Shown one piece after another: positions 9,653 through 18,636 of a DNA stretch of 46,887 nt (the stretch's first letter is position 1; every line of letters starts with the position of its first letter). This stretch comes from an uncultured Akkermansia sp. (lineage in GTDB: Bacteria; Verrucomicrobiota; Verrucomicrobiia; Opitutales; Opitutaceae), in NCBI GenBank assembly GCA_964400455.1, contig CAYNUW010000001.1:1-46887 (forward strand), in the 5' to 3' direction. The notes beneath the pieces are model-generated. The model did not search any database, was not told the DNA's origin, and worked only from the letters and a program-made list of their open reading frames with translations. A program made the position numbers and the translations under genes.

Positions 9653-10270
9653 ATGAGCCAAGCCGAATCCGCCCAACCGACCCCCGTGAACGCCGAGCCC
9701 GCCGCCGCCACCACGCCCGCCGAGCCCGCCGCCACCGGTGCCGCTACCGCACCGGCCACCGGCCCCACCCAGGAGGAGCTGCTCGCCACCGCCCGCAAGG
9801 AAGCTGCCGACAACTACGACCGTTACCTGCGCTCCGTCGCCGACCTCGAGAACTACCGCAAACGCGCCGTGCGCGACCGCGAAGACGCCGCCCATCGCGC
9901 CGCCACCCGCATCCTCGAGGACCTGCTCCCCGTTCTGGATAACTTTGGCCACGCCCTCGCCGCCGCCAAACTACCCACCGCCGACATCAAATCCCTCGCC
10001 GGCGGCGTCGAAATGGTCGCCCAACAACTCAAGTCCGCCCTCGCCGGCCACGGCCTCGCCGAGGTCTCCCCTCTCGGCAAACCTTTCGACCCCAACCTCC
10101 ACGAGGCCATCGCTCAACAACCCAACCCCGACGTGCCCGCCGACCACGTCTCCGCCGTCACCCGCACCGGCTACACCCTGAACGGGCGGCTTGTCCGCGC
10201 CGCCAGCGTCGTGGTCTCCACCGGCGCCCCCGCCCAACCCGCCGATCCCGCCGACGGCGTCGTCGTCTAA
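9653..10270 (+). CDS. grpE: Nucleotide exchange factor GrpE
   Basis: YLRSVADLENYRKR, DLLPVLDNF, FDPNLHEAI, GYTLNGRLVRAASVVV. ATG at 9653. Confidence 0.95.
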   Translation: MSQAESAQPTPVNAEPAAATTPAEPAATGAATAPATGPTQEELLATARKEAADNYDRYLRSVADLENYRKRAVRDREDAAHRAATRILEDLLPVLDNFGHALAAAKLPTADIKSLAGGVEMVAQQLKSALAGHGLAEVSPLGKPFDPNLHEAIAQQPNPDVPADHVSAVTRTGYTLNGRLVRAASVVVSTGAPAQPADPADGVVV

Positions 10271-10297
10271 ACCACCACCGACCGACCCTACCACGTC

Positions 10298-11464
10298 ATG
10301 GCTGCCAACGAAGACTACTACTCCCTGCTCGGCGTCGAAAAAAGCGCCACCGAAGAGGAGCTCAAAAAGGCCTATCGCAAAAAGGCCGTGCAATACCACC
10401 CGGATAAAAACCCGGGCGACAAGGCCGCCGAGGACATGTTCAAAAAGGTCTCCGAAGCCTACGAGGTCCTGAAGGATCCACAAAAACGCACGGCCTACGA
10501 TCGTTACGGCCACCAAGCCTTCACCCAGTCCGGCGGCGCCGGCCCGCGCGGCCCCGGCGGCATGGGCGGCGGCGGTTTCCACGATCCCTTCGATATCTTC
10601 CGCGAGGTCTTCGGCCAGCAGGGCGGAGGCGGGGGTGGCGGCGGCATTTTCGACCAGATGTTCGGCGGAGGCGGCGGCGGTGGGTCTGATCGCGACGGCT
10701 CCGACTTGCGCTACGATCTCGAAATCACCCTCGAGGAAGCCGCCTCCGGCATTGAAAAGGAGATTTCCTTCCGCCGCCTCCACGCCTGCGAACGCTGCGA
10801 CGGTTCCGGCGCCGAGCCCGGCTCCAAAAAAATCGTCTGCCCCACCTGCCGTGGCGCCGGCCAGATCCGCCGCAGCGGCGGCATCATCACCTTTGCCCAG
10901 ACCTGCCCGACCTGCGGCGGCGCCGGCCAGAAAATCGAGCGCGCCTGCACCGCCTGCCGCGGAGAAGGCCGCGTGCCCAAGGCGGCCAAGGTCAACGTCC
11001 GCATCCCCCCAGGCGTCGACACCGGCACCCGCCTCCGTTCCTCCGGCAACGGCGAGGCCGGCCTCGCCGGCGGCCAGTCCGGCGACCTCTACATCGTGCT
11101 CAGCGTCAAGGCGCACGAGCTCTTCGAACGCCAGGACGACGACCTCTTCTGCGAGATACCGATCAAGTTCACCCTCGCCGCCCTCGGCGGCACCCTCGAG
11201 GTGCCCACCCTTTTCGGCAAGGCCCAGGTCAAGGTTCCCGCCGGCACCCAGAGCGGCACCACCTTCCGCCTGCGCGGCAAGGGCATGCCCTCCCTCCGCC
11301 ACCGCGGCAACCAAGGCGACCAGCTCGTGCGCGTGCACGTCGAGGTTCCCACCAAACTGACCTCCGAACAGGAAAAACTGCTCGCCGAGTTCGCCCGGGT
11401 CAGCGGCGACGCCGACCACCCCACCAGCGAAAGCTGGTTCGCCAAGGCCAAGAAATTCTTCTGA
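10298..11464 (+). CDS. dnaJ: Molecular chaperone DnaJ
   Basis: J domain with HPD, G/F-rich region, four CxxCxGxG repeats, C-terminal domain. Confidence 0.97.
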   Translation: MAANEDYYSLLGVEKSATEEELKKAYRKKAVQYHPDKNPGDKAAEDMFKKVSEAYEVLKDPQKRTAYDRYGHQAFTQSGGAGPRGPGGMGGGGFHDPFDIFREVFGQQGGGGGGGGIFDQMFGGGGGGGSDRDGSDLRYDLEITLEEAASGIEKEISFRRLHACERCDGSGAEPGSKKIVCPTCRGAGQIRRSGGIITFAQTCPTCGGAGQKIERACTACRGEGRVPKAAKVNVRIPPGVDTGTRLRSSGNGEAGLAGGQSGDLYIVLSVKAHELFERQDDDLFCEIPIKFTLAALGGTLEVPTLFGKAQVKVPAGTQSGTTFRLRGKGMPSLRHRGNQGDQLVRVHVEVPTKLTSEQEKLLAEFARVSGDADHPTSESWFAKAKKFF

Positions 11465-11595
11465 TCCTACGGCGGCGCGCCTCGCCCCGTGATCGCGCGC
11501 ATTTTGCGCCCGCCGACCTGCGGCCAAAATGCGCGGACTTTGCCCACCTTTGCGCGCTTCTTGGGCCGCGCTCGCCGACCGACCGGGTTTGATCC

Positions 11596-13995
11596 ATGCG
11601 TCGGGGCATGTCCACGGCCGCCGCCACCCCCCCCCTGCCCCCCGCCGCCTCCGGTCGCCGCGACCGCGCCACACCCGCCTGCGCGCACTGCGGCGCTCCC
11701 GCCCCGACCGGCCAGACTTACTGCTGCGGCGGTTGCGCCTTCGTCGCCGGCCTTATCCGCGAACAGGGACTCAACGCTTTCTACGACCTCAAGGACACGG
11801 TCATCGCGCCCGCCGACCGCGTGCTCGAGCCCGCCCGCGACTTCTCCTGGCTCACCCTCGCCGCCCAGGCGGCCGACTCCGCCGCCCGCTCCGCCGGCCC
11901 CGGCCGCGCCGCCACCCTCGACCTCTCCGTGCAGGGCCTGTCCTGCGCCGCCTGCGGCTGGCTCATCGAGCGCGTGCACGCCCGCCGGCCCGGCGCCGGG
12001 TCCATCGAGATCGCCGCCGAGTCCGGCTCCCTCTCCCTGCGCTGGGCCACCGGCTCCGGTTTCGACCACGCCGCCTTCGCCACCGAGCTCCAGCGCTTCG
12101 GCTACCTGCTCGGCCCCCGCGACGCCGCCCGCGCCACCGAGACCGAGAGCCGCTCCCTCGCGCGCCGCGCCGGCCTCGCCGCCGCCCTCGCCATGAACGG
12201 CATGATGGCCACCCTGCCCGCCTACCTCGGCATGTCCGAGGATTTTGAATACGCGCGGCTCTTCGACACCGTCGCCCTCGGCGCCGCCACCCTCTCCGTG
12301 CTCGGCTGCGGCTCCTACTTCCTCCGCCGCGCCTGGGAGTCCCTCCGCGCCCGCGTCGCCCACCTCGACCTGCCCATCGCCCTCGGCATCACCGGCGCCT
12401 ACCTCGGCTCCCTCTGGGGCTGGCTCGCCCACGATGTCGACCGCCAATACTTCGACTTCGTCACCGGCTTCATCGCCCTCATGCTCGCCGGCCGCTGGGC
12501 CCAGGTCGCCGCCGTCGAACGCAACCGCCGCCGCCTCCTGCGCGAACAACCCGTGGCCGCCACCGTGCGCGTCCTTCGCCAAGGCAACTGGACCGAGGCC
12601 GCCCCCGAATCCCTCGCCCCCGGCGAACGTTTTCGCCTCAGCCCCGGCGGCCTCCTGCCGGTCGAGTCCCGCCTCGACGGGCCCGGCGGCGCCGAGTTTT
12701 CCCTCGCCTGGATCACCGGCGAGGCCGACCCGCGCGTCTTTCAGCCCGGCCAGATCGTCCCCGCCGGCGCCAGCCTCACCGCCGCAGGCGCCCCCGGCGG
12801 CGCCGAATTCATCGCCCACCAGGCCTGGGCCGGCTCCCTGCTCGCCGAACTCACCCGCCCGGTCGAGCGCCCCGCCGAACGCGCCCGCCTCATCGAGCGC
12901 GTCGTCCAGGGCTACCTCGTCGGCATCCTGTCCGCCGCCACCCTCGCAGGCTTCTGGTGGGGCTGGCGCACCAGCGACGTCGCCCAAACCAGCGCGGTCG
13001 TCATCTCCATCCTCGTGGTCTCCTGCCCCTGCGCCCTCGGTCTCGCCTTCCCCTTGGTCGAAGAAATCGCCACCGTGCGCCTGCGCCGCCGCGGCGTCTT
13101 CCTGCGCGCCGGCGACCTCTGGCAACGCCTCGCCCGCGTCCGCCGCGTCGTCTTCGACAAAACCGGCACCCTCACCCAGGACTTGCCCGCCCTGCGCAAT
13201 CCCGACGCCCTCGACCACCTCGCCACCGACGCCCGAGCCGCCCTCCTGGCACTCGTGCGCGAGAACCCCCACCCCATCGGACGCGCCCTGCACGAAGCCG
13301 CCCTCCTGCGCGGCTGGCGCGAGGCCCTCCCCGGCGCCGTTTGCGAAGAAATCGGCCTCGGCGTGCGCCTCGGCCCCTGGACCCTGGGCCGCGCCGGCGA
13401 CGCCGGTGCCGACGCCGAGCTCGCCCGCGACGGCCTGCCCGTCGCCCGCTTCCACTTCGCCGAAGCCGCCCGAACCGACGCCCGCGCCGAACTCGCCGCC
13501 CTCGGCGCGCGCGGTCTAGGCCTCGCCATTCTATCCGGCGACCGTGACGCAAAGGTAGCCGCCCTCGCCGCCGAAGTCGGCCTGCCGGCCGACTGGACCC
13601 TCGGCGGCCTCTCCCCGCGCGAAAAAGCCGAATGGATCGAACGCCACGCCCCCGACCACGCCCTCATGCTCGGCGACGGCGCAAACGACAGCCTCGCCTT
13701 TGACCGTGCGCTCTGTCGCGGCACGCCCGCCATTCACCGTGGCGTGCTCGCCGCCAAGGCCGACTTCTATTACCTGGGCCGCGGCGTCGGCGGAGTGCGG
13801 GCCCTGCTCGAAATGAACGACGCCCGCCGCCATACCCAAGCCGCCCTGCTCGCGTTCATGATCCTTTACAACCTCACCGTGGTCGGGCTCGCCTCCACCG
13901 GCCACATGAACCCCCTCTTCGCCGCCGTGCTCATGCCCCTGAGCTCCCTCGCCACCCTCGCCATCGTCTGGATCGGCCTCCGCCACGCCCGCTGA
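11596..13995 (+). CDS. Heavy-metal P1B-type ATPase, CcoI/FixI-like
   Basis: N-terminal CAHCG...YCCGGC domain, HMA CAAC, TGE, CPC, DKTGTLT, HP, GDGAND, YN and MPLSS motifs. Start may be ATG 11608. Confidence 0.9.
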   Translation: MRRGMSTAAATPPLPPAASGRRDRATPACAHCGAPAPTGQTYCCGGCAFVAGLIREQGLNAFYDLKDTVIAPADRVLEPARDFSWLTLAAQAADSAARSAGPGRAATLDLSVQGLSCAACGWLIERVHARRPGAGSIEIAAESGSLSLRWATGSGFDHAAFATELQRFGYLLGPRDAARATETESRSLARRAGLAAALAMNGMMATLPAYLGMSEDFEYARLFDTVALGAATLSVLGCGSYFLRRAWESLRARVAHLDLPIALGITGAYLGSLWGWLAHDVDRQYFDFVTGFIALMLAGRWAQVAAVERNRRRLLREQPVAATVRVLRQGNWTEAAPESLAPGERFRLSPGGLLPVESRLDGPGGAEFSLAWITGEADPRVFQPGQIVPAGASLTAAGAPGGAEFIAHQAWAGSLLAELTRPVERPAERARLIERVVQGYLVGILSAATLAGFWWGWRTSDVAQTSAVVISILVVSCPCALGLAFPLVEEIATVRLRRRGVFLRAGDLWQRLARVRRVVFDKTGTLTQDLPALRNPDALDHLATDARAALLALVRENPHPIGRALHEAALLRGWREALPGAVCEEIGLGVRLGPWTLGRAGDAGADAELARDGLPVARFHFAEAARTDARAELAALGARGLGLAILSGDRDAKVAALAAEVGLPADWTLGGLSPREKAEWIERHAPDHALMLGDGANDSLAFDRALCRGTPAIHRGVLAAKADFYYLGRGVGGVRALLEMNDARRHTQAALLAFMILYNLTVVGLASTGHMNPLFAAVLMPLSSLATLAIVWIGLRHAR

Positions 13996-14099
13996 CGCGA
14001 AAGTTCAAACACCAGTTCCGTGGCTCGCCACCCCGCAGTCACCGCCAGCGTCACCCCCTGGAAACAAGTCCCACTACCAACCCCTCAGCCTTCACCAAC

Positions 14100-14124
14100 C
14101 CAATGTTCGTAATACGAACATTGG
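14100..14124. repeat. 25-bp extragenic palindrome, copy 1
   Basis: CCAATGTTCGTA-A-TACGAACATTGG; exact reverse complement of 26293-26317. Confidence 0.9.
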
Positions 14125-14219
14125 TCAGCGCGACACCCTATACCGCCAAATGTCCCGCACTCCATCTTCGTCATCGGGCCGGTTTTGTGCATGATGCGCC
14201 CATCCCAACCGCCTACACC

Positions 14220-14915
14220 ATGACGTCCGCCGATCTCGCCGCCGCCCTCGACTCCACCAATCTCCGCCTCGACGCCTCCGCCGCCGACATCACCGCGCTC
14301 TGCCACGAAGCCGCCCTTCATCGCTTCGCCTGCGTGATGATCTACCCCGCCTCCGTGCCCCTCGCCGCCTCCGTCCTAGCCGGCACCGGTACCCGCATCG
14401 GCACCGTGATCGGCTTCCCTAGCGGTCGCTTCGCCACCGCCGCCAAGGCCGCCGAAATCGACGCCGCCGCCAAGGCCGGCGCCCACGAGGTCGATGTCGT
14501 CATGAACTACGCCGCCCTGCGCGACGGTCAGCCCGCCATCGCCGGCGCCGAGCTCACCGAACTCGCCAACCGCGCCCGCGCCAATGGCCAGTTGCTGAAG
14601 GTCATCGTCGAGACCTGTTTCCTCGACTCCGCCCAACAACTCACCGCGCTCCGCCTCTGCGAGGACGCCGGCGCCGACTTTATCAAAACGTCCACCGGCT
14701 TCGGCTCGGCCGGCGCCCGCGCCGAGGACATCCGCGCCTGGGCCGCCGCCCGTCGCGGCTCCATCCGACTCAAGGCCAGCGGCGGCATCAAGACCCTCGC
14801 CGACGCCCGCCGCCTGCTCGAAGCCGGCGCCACCCGCCTCGGCACCAGCTCCGCCGCCGCCATCCTCGCGGAGTTCGCCGGCGCCGCCCCCGCCGCCCCC
14901 TCCACCGGCTACTAA
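14220..14915 (+). CDS. deoC: Deoxyribose-phosphate aldolase
   Basis: TVIGFPSG, GAHEVDVVMN, LKVIVETC, ADFIKTSTGF, LKASGGIK, GATRLGTS. ATG at 14220. Confidence 0.95.
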   Translation: MTSADLAAALDSTNLRLDASAADITALCHEAALHRFACVMIYPASVPLAASVLAGTGTRIGTVIGFPSGRFATAAKAAEIDAAAKAGAHEVDVVMNYAALRDGQPAIAGAELTELANRARANGQLLKVIVETCFLDSAQQLTALRLCEDAGADFIKTSTGFGSAGARAEDIRAWAAARRGSIRLKASGGIKTLADARRLLEAGATRLGTSSAAAILAEFAGAAPAAPSTGY

Positions 14916-14942
14916 AACCACCACCCGGCCCGGCGCTTTGGG

Positions 14943-15114
14943 CTCAGCCGGGATCATGCAGTTGTCCGGCTGAGCAGCGGGGTGAAATGGCGAGCGCATT
15001 TCGGTGCGGACCGAGCGAAGGAATACTCGGAGAGTATTTCGAGCGAGGGCCCCACCGAAAGGTGCCGCCAGTTCGCCGCGATGCGACCCGCGCAATTGCA
15101 TGATCCCGGCTCAG
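14943..15114. repeat. MITE-like long imperfect stem-loop between convergent genes
   Basis: Terminal inverted repeats 14946-14964 (AGCCGGGATCATGCAGTTG) and 15093-15111 with one mismatch, plus nested internal stems. Confidence 0.65.
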
Positions 15115-16340
15115 AACGAGGCCTGCACCTGAGCCCTCACGCCGGTCGTATCGGCCCGCGCGGAACTACCCGTCGGCGCGTCCTTGCCCCGCGCCGCCAC
15201 CACCCCGGCCTGAAACTTCAGGTCGTTGCCCTTCAAATACCAGGTGCCGCCCGCGTAGTAGTCCATGACCCGGTCCACCGCCAGGGCGGACGAGCTACCG
15301 GGCACGAGATCGCGCAGCGTCGCCCCGCGTCCATCCGTATCCAGATATCCGATGCGCACGACCCCCTCGAAGGACCGGTTAAAGGCCCACGCCGGCTGCA
15401 CGTAGCCCCCCAGACAACGCGCGTCCGACCCATCCGTCGCCGCCCCCTCGTCCCGCGCGGCCAGCGCCTCGGCCAGCAGTGAAAACGGTCCGCGCGTCAG
15501 ATCGAAATGCGCCGCCGCCACCGCCACATTGTTCCCGCCTCCGGCGCCGCCGACCGGCGCCCCGCCCTGGTCCGGTATCCAGCCGGCCGAAAGCCCGACA
15601 TGATGCCGGCCGCGCGCATTGTCGCCGCGATGCCCCACCCCCGTCCACAGCGCCGGCTGATTGTTGGACGACGAACCGATCGAGCGCGCGACCGCCAGCC
15701 CCGAGGCAGGCTCGGGATCGGTCACTGCCGCATTCCAGAACCAGCCCGGACCGGACGAATCGGCAAACACCCCCACCCGGTAACTGGCCGCACCCAGGTG
15801 CGCTCCGCCCGCGTCGTCCGCAAAGTAACGCGTGGCGGCCGAGCGTTCGATCGCCTTCAGCGCGCCGCTGGAGGTGTTTTGCTCGCGCCCCAGCGCCACC
15901 AGCCGAAAGCCCGCCTCCAGATCGAAGTCCTCACCCTTTCTTCGCACCGAAGCCTGATCAAAACAATCGTTCACAATGTCGTAGATAAACCCCGCCTCCC
16001 AAGCCGGCCCCAGCTCGGCCCGCGCGGTCAAATAGACCCGGCGCACCAGCAGGTGCATCCGGTCCGCCGGATCCGACCCGGTGTCGTGCTCCGACGAAAA
16101 GGCCACCGCCTGCACCTGCACCCGCCCGCCCAAAGTCAGTCGCGTGGTGGACCGCCCAGCGGCCGAGACCGGCGCTGGCGCCGAAGCCTGCTTCACCAAG
16201 GCCTCCGCCTCCTCCCGCGAAACCACGCCGTTTTTCAGCAAAGTCTCGAGCAAGGCCTCGGCCGTAACCGCACCCGCCACCTGGCCAAACACGGCCAGCC
16301 AGACAAAGCCCAGAGGAAACAAACGCGATAGGGAGATCAT
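15111..16340 (-). CDS. Outer-membrane porin (OprO/OprP-like)
   Basis: Signal peptide, LTLGGRVQ, RRVYL, TSSGALKAIERS, WYLKGNDLKFQ, amphipathic beta-strands and C-terminal Phe. Confidence 0.8.
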   Translation of the reverse strand: MISLSRLFPLGFVWLAVFGQVAGAVTAEALLETLLKNGVVSREEAEALVKQASAPAPVSAAGRSTTRLTLGGRVQVQAVAFSSEHDTGSDPADRMHLLVRRVYLTARAELGPAWEAGFIYDIVNDCFDQASVRRKGEDFDLEAGFRLVALGREQNTSSGALKAIERSAATRYFADDAGGAHLGAASYRVGVFADSSGPGWFWNAAVTDPEPASGLAVARSIGSSSNNQPALWTGVGHRGDNARGRHHVGLSAGWIPDQGGAPVGGAGGGNNVAVAAAHFDLTRGPFSLLAEALAARDEGAATDGSDARCLGGYVQPAWAFNRSFEGVVRIGYLDTDGRGATLRDLVPGSSSALAVDRVMDYYAGGTWYLKGNDLKFQAGVVAARGKDAPTGSSARADTTGVRAQVQASF

Positions 16341-16363
16341 AGTGAACGTGTCCCGTTCACCCT

Positions 16364-16397
16364 AAACCAAAGCCGCGCGCCGGTCTGCGCGCGGCTT
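16364..16397 (-). terminator. Hairpin/terminator between the MCP and porin genes
   Basis: 11-bp stem AAGCCGCGCGC / GCGCGCGGCTT (16370-16397) followed on the minus strand by TGGTTT, an interrupted U tract. Confidence 0.6.
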
Positions 16398-16433
16398 GCC
16401 GCTAACCTCGCGCGCGTTGCGCGCTCGAACCGC

Positions 16434-18431
16434 TCAATCCTTGAAACTCAAGACCTCACCCGCGCGGGCGGAAGCCGAGTGGAGCGCCGCGGGTTGCTTC
16501 GCCGCGCCGGCGAGTCGGGTCCGCGGAGCGGCCTGCGTCGCAGCCACCGAACGCACCTCCTTGACCGCCTTGATCAGCCTGACCGGCGGTGCCCCGGCGC
16601 TTGCCTGGCCGGCACTGGTTCCCACCGCACCCACCAGCGCGGCGAGCTGGGCCGCTGCTTGCTGCAACTCGGCCGACTGTGCGTTCAACTCCTCGGCGGC
16701 CGACGCGGTCTCCTCCGCCCCGGCTGCATTGGACTGCGTGACCTTGTCCATCTGCGTCACCGCGACATTGATCTGAGCCAAGCCCTCCGACTGCTCGTGC
16801 GAGGCGGTAGCCACTTCCGCCACCAAACGATCCACTTCCCGGGCCTTCTCCACAATCTCGCGCAAACCGGATCCAACGCGGGTGGAAAGCTCCACCCCTT
16901 GAGCCGACTTCTGCGTGGCGTCGGCGATCTTGTCCGCCGTCTCCTTCGCCGCCACCGCCGAGCGCTGCGCCAGCGACCGCACCTCGTCGGCCACCACCGC
17001 AAACCCGGCGCCGGCTTCCCCGGCTCGGGCCGCCTCCACCGCCGCATTCAACGCCAGAATGTTGGTCTGGAACGCGATCTCGTCGATGGTCTTGATGATC
17101 TTTGATATGTCGGAGGACGACTGCTGAATCGCGTTCATCGCCTCCTGCATCCTCGCCATCTCTTCCGCGCCCGTTTCGGCGGCCGCCCGCGCATGATTCG
17201 AGGCTGTCTTGCCCGCCTGCGCATTATCGGCGTTCCGTTTGGTCATGCTGGTCAGCTCTTCAATCGACGAGCTGATCTCCTCCAGCGAAGCCGCCTGCTC
17301 GCTCGACCCTTCGGCCAGCGATTGACTGGCCGAGGATACCTGGCCGGCAGCCGACGCCACCTGCAGGGACCCTTGAGTCAGGCTCTCAGCCGTGCGGGTC
17401 AAGGCACGGTTCACGCCGACGATGATAAGCACGGCGAGCGTCACGCCCATGGCAATCATCGCCACCAGCCCGACGACCACACCCGTCGAAGCAGCGCCGA
17501 GCGCGGCGGCGGAATCCCCCGCGTAACTCAACGTGCGCTCGATCGAACGCTGCATCACAGCATCGACCACTTGATCAAAACGCGACGCGACCGCCGCACG
17601 CCGGCTGTTGATCGAAGCGGCGTCCCGCAGCAACCGCGCCAAATCCGTGGCTCCCACACGATAGGCCGAAGCCGCCTCGGCCACGACGGCCAGCTGATTC
17701 AAGTTCACCGCCTGGCGGGTGGTCGGCAACAGGCGGGCCCGGGCTTGCTCCATTTGTTCAAACATCGGCAGCGCTTCTTCGATCAAGCGCACATCCCGGA
17801 GCGCCTGCGCCTTTTGCGCGCGAATCCGGATTTGATTGCCCAGGTCCAGAATGCCGGCAGCGGCCTCGAGCTTGTCGATACGCTCGGTCAGTTTGTCGGA
17901 GCCAACCCCGGCGGCCACCTCCTCGTGCAGCGCTTTGGCCATGTTTTCCCGATACTGCGAAATGCTCGTCACGAAGAGGGCCGCCTGCTGGTCCAATACT
18001 TCACGGACTCGCGCCATTTCGGCCAGGTTGCGCTCAGTTTGATCAAAAGCCGCCACGTATTCGGCCAATGCCTCTTCTGCCTCACGCTTCGCCTCAGCCA
18101 ACGCCGTCAGGCTGGGCTGCTCGGTCGCCAGGCTCCCGGCCGCCACGAGTTGCGTCCGCACCGCATCGAGCCCGGAACGAACCGCCTTCAGGTAAACGTC
18201 ATCTCCGGTGTAGGAGTAGGACCGCGCCTCCTTCTGCACCGCAGCCGACGCCTGCGCCAAGCTGCTCGTCACCGAAGCCTGCGGCGCCACCGCATGAGCC
18301 AAGAAACGGGCGCCGGTCACCGCCTGTGACATTCTCCAGACTGCAAAACCACCAAGTGCCGAGGCCAACAAAAGCATGGCTGCAAAACCAAGGGCAACGC
18401 GTCGCCCGATAGTGAGGTTGGATAGTTTCAT
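16434..18431 (-). CDS. Methyl-accepting chemotaxis protein
   Basis: Two TM helices around a large helical periplasmic domain; signalling tip IDEIAFQTNILALNAAVEAARAGEAGAGFAVVADEVRSLAQRS. Confidence 0.96.
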   Translation of the reverse strand: MKLSNLTIGRRVALGFAAMLLLASALGGFAVWRMSQAVTGARFLAHAVAPQASVTSSLAQASAAVQKEARSYSYTGDDVYLKAVRSGLDAVRTQLVAAGSLATEQPSLTALAEAKREAEEALAEYVAAFDQTERNLAEMARVREVLDQQAALFVTSISQYRENMAKALHEEVAAGVGSDKLTERIDKLEAAAGILDLGNQIRIRAQKAQALRDVRLIEEALPMFEQMEQARARLLPTTRQAVNLNQLAVVAEAASAYRVGATDLARLLRDAASINSRRAAVASRFDQVVDAVMQRSIERTLSYAGDSAAALGAASTGVVVGLVAMIAMGVTLAVLIIVGVNRALTRTAESLTQGSLQVASAAGQVSSASQSLAEGSSEQAASLEEISSSIEELTSMTKRNADNAQAGKTASNHARAAAETGAEEMARMQEAMNAIQQSSSDISKIIKTIDEIAFQTNILALNAAVEAARAGEAGAGFAVVADEVRSLAQRSAVAAKETADKIADATQKSAQGVELSTRVGSGLREIVEKAREVDRLVAEVATASHEQSEGLAQINVAVTQMDKVTQSNAAGAEETASAAEELNAQSAELQQAAAQLAALVGAVGTSAGQASAGAPPVRLIKAVKEVRSVAATQAAPRTRLAGAAKQPAALHSASARAGEVLSFKD

Positions 18432-18600
18432 TTTATGAGGGGGGTTGTATAAAAAACTCTAGCGAGTGGCTCTTATCGTCACATTCCCGTAACATTATTA
18501 ATTTAACGTTCTTTAAGGAGTTATTGAGCCGATGGGTATCAGATCGACTAATGACGCGGACCGCGCGCGGTCTTTCGGGCAAATCCAACCTCGACCGGCT

Positions 18601-18627
18601 TAAGCCCAGAGAGATTCGTGCCGATTT
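18601..18627 (+). promoter_or_regulatory. Putative sigma28 (FliA) promoter
   Basis: TAAG-N15-GCCGATTT versus consensus TAAA-N15-GCCGATAA, ending 10 bp before the HDOD start. Confidence 0.6.
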
Positions 18628-18636
18628 ACTCCCGGT

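Noticed and set aside
11589-11602. FNR box before the CcoI-like ATPase
   Set aside because: Only the TTGAT half-site is present; the ATCAA half is absent.
14104-14120. TGTTC-N7-GAACA as a LexA (SOS) box
   Set aside because: The verrucomicrobial LexA motif as I recall it has a 4-bp spacer. Here the spacer is 7, the palindrome is much longer, and neither copy precedes an SOS gene.
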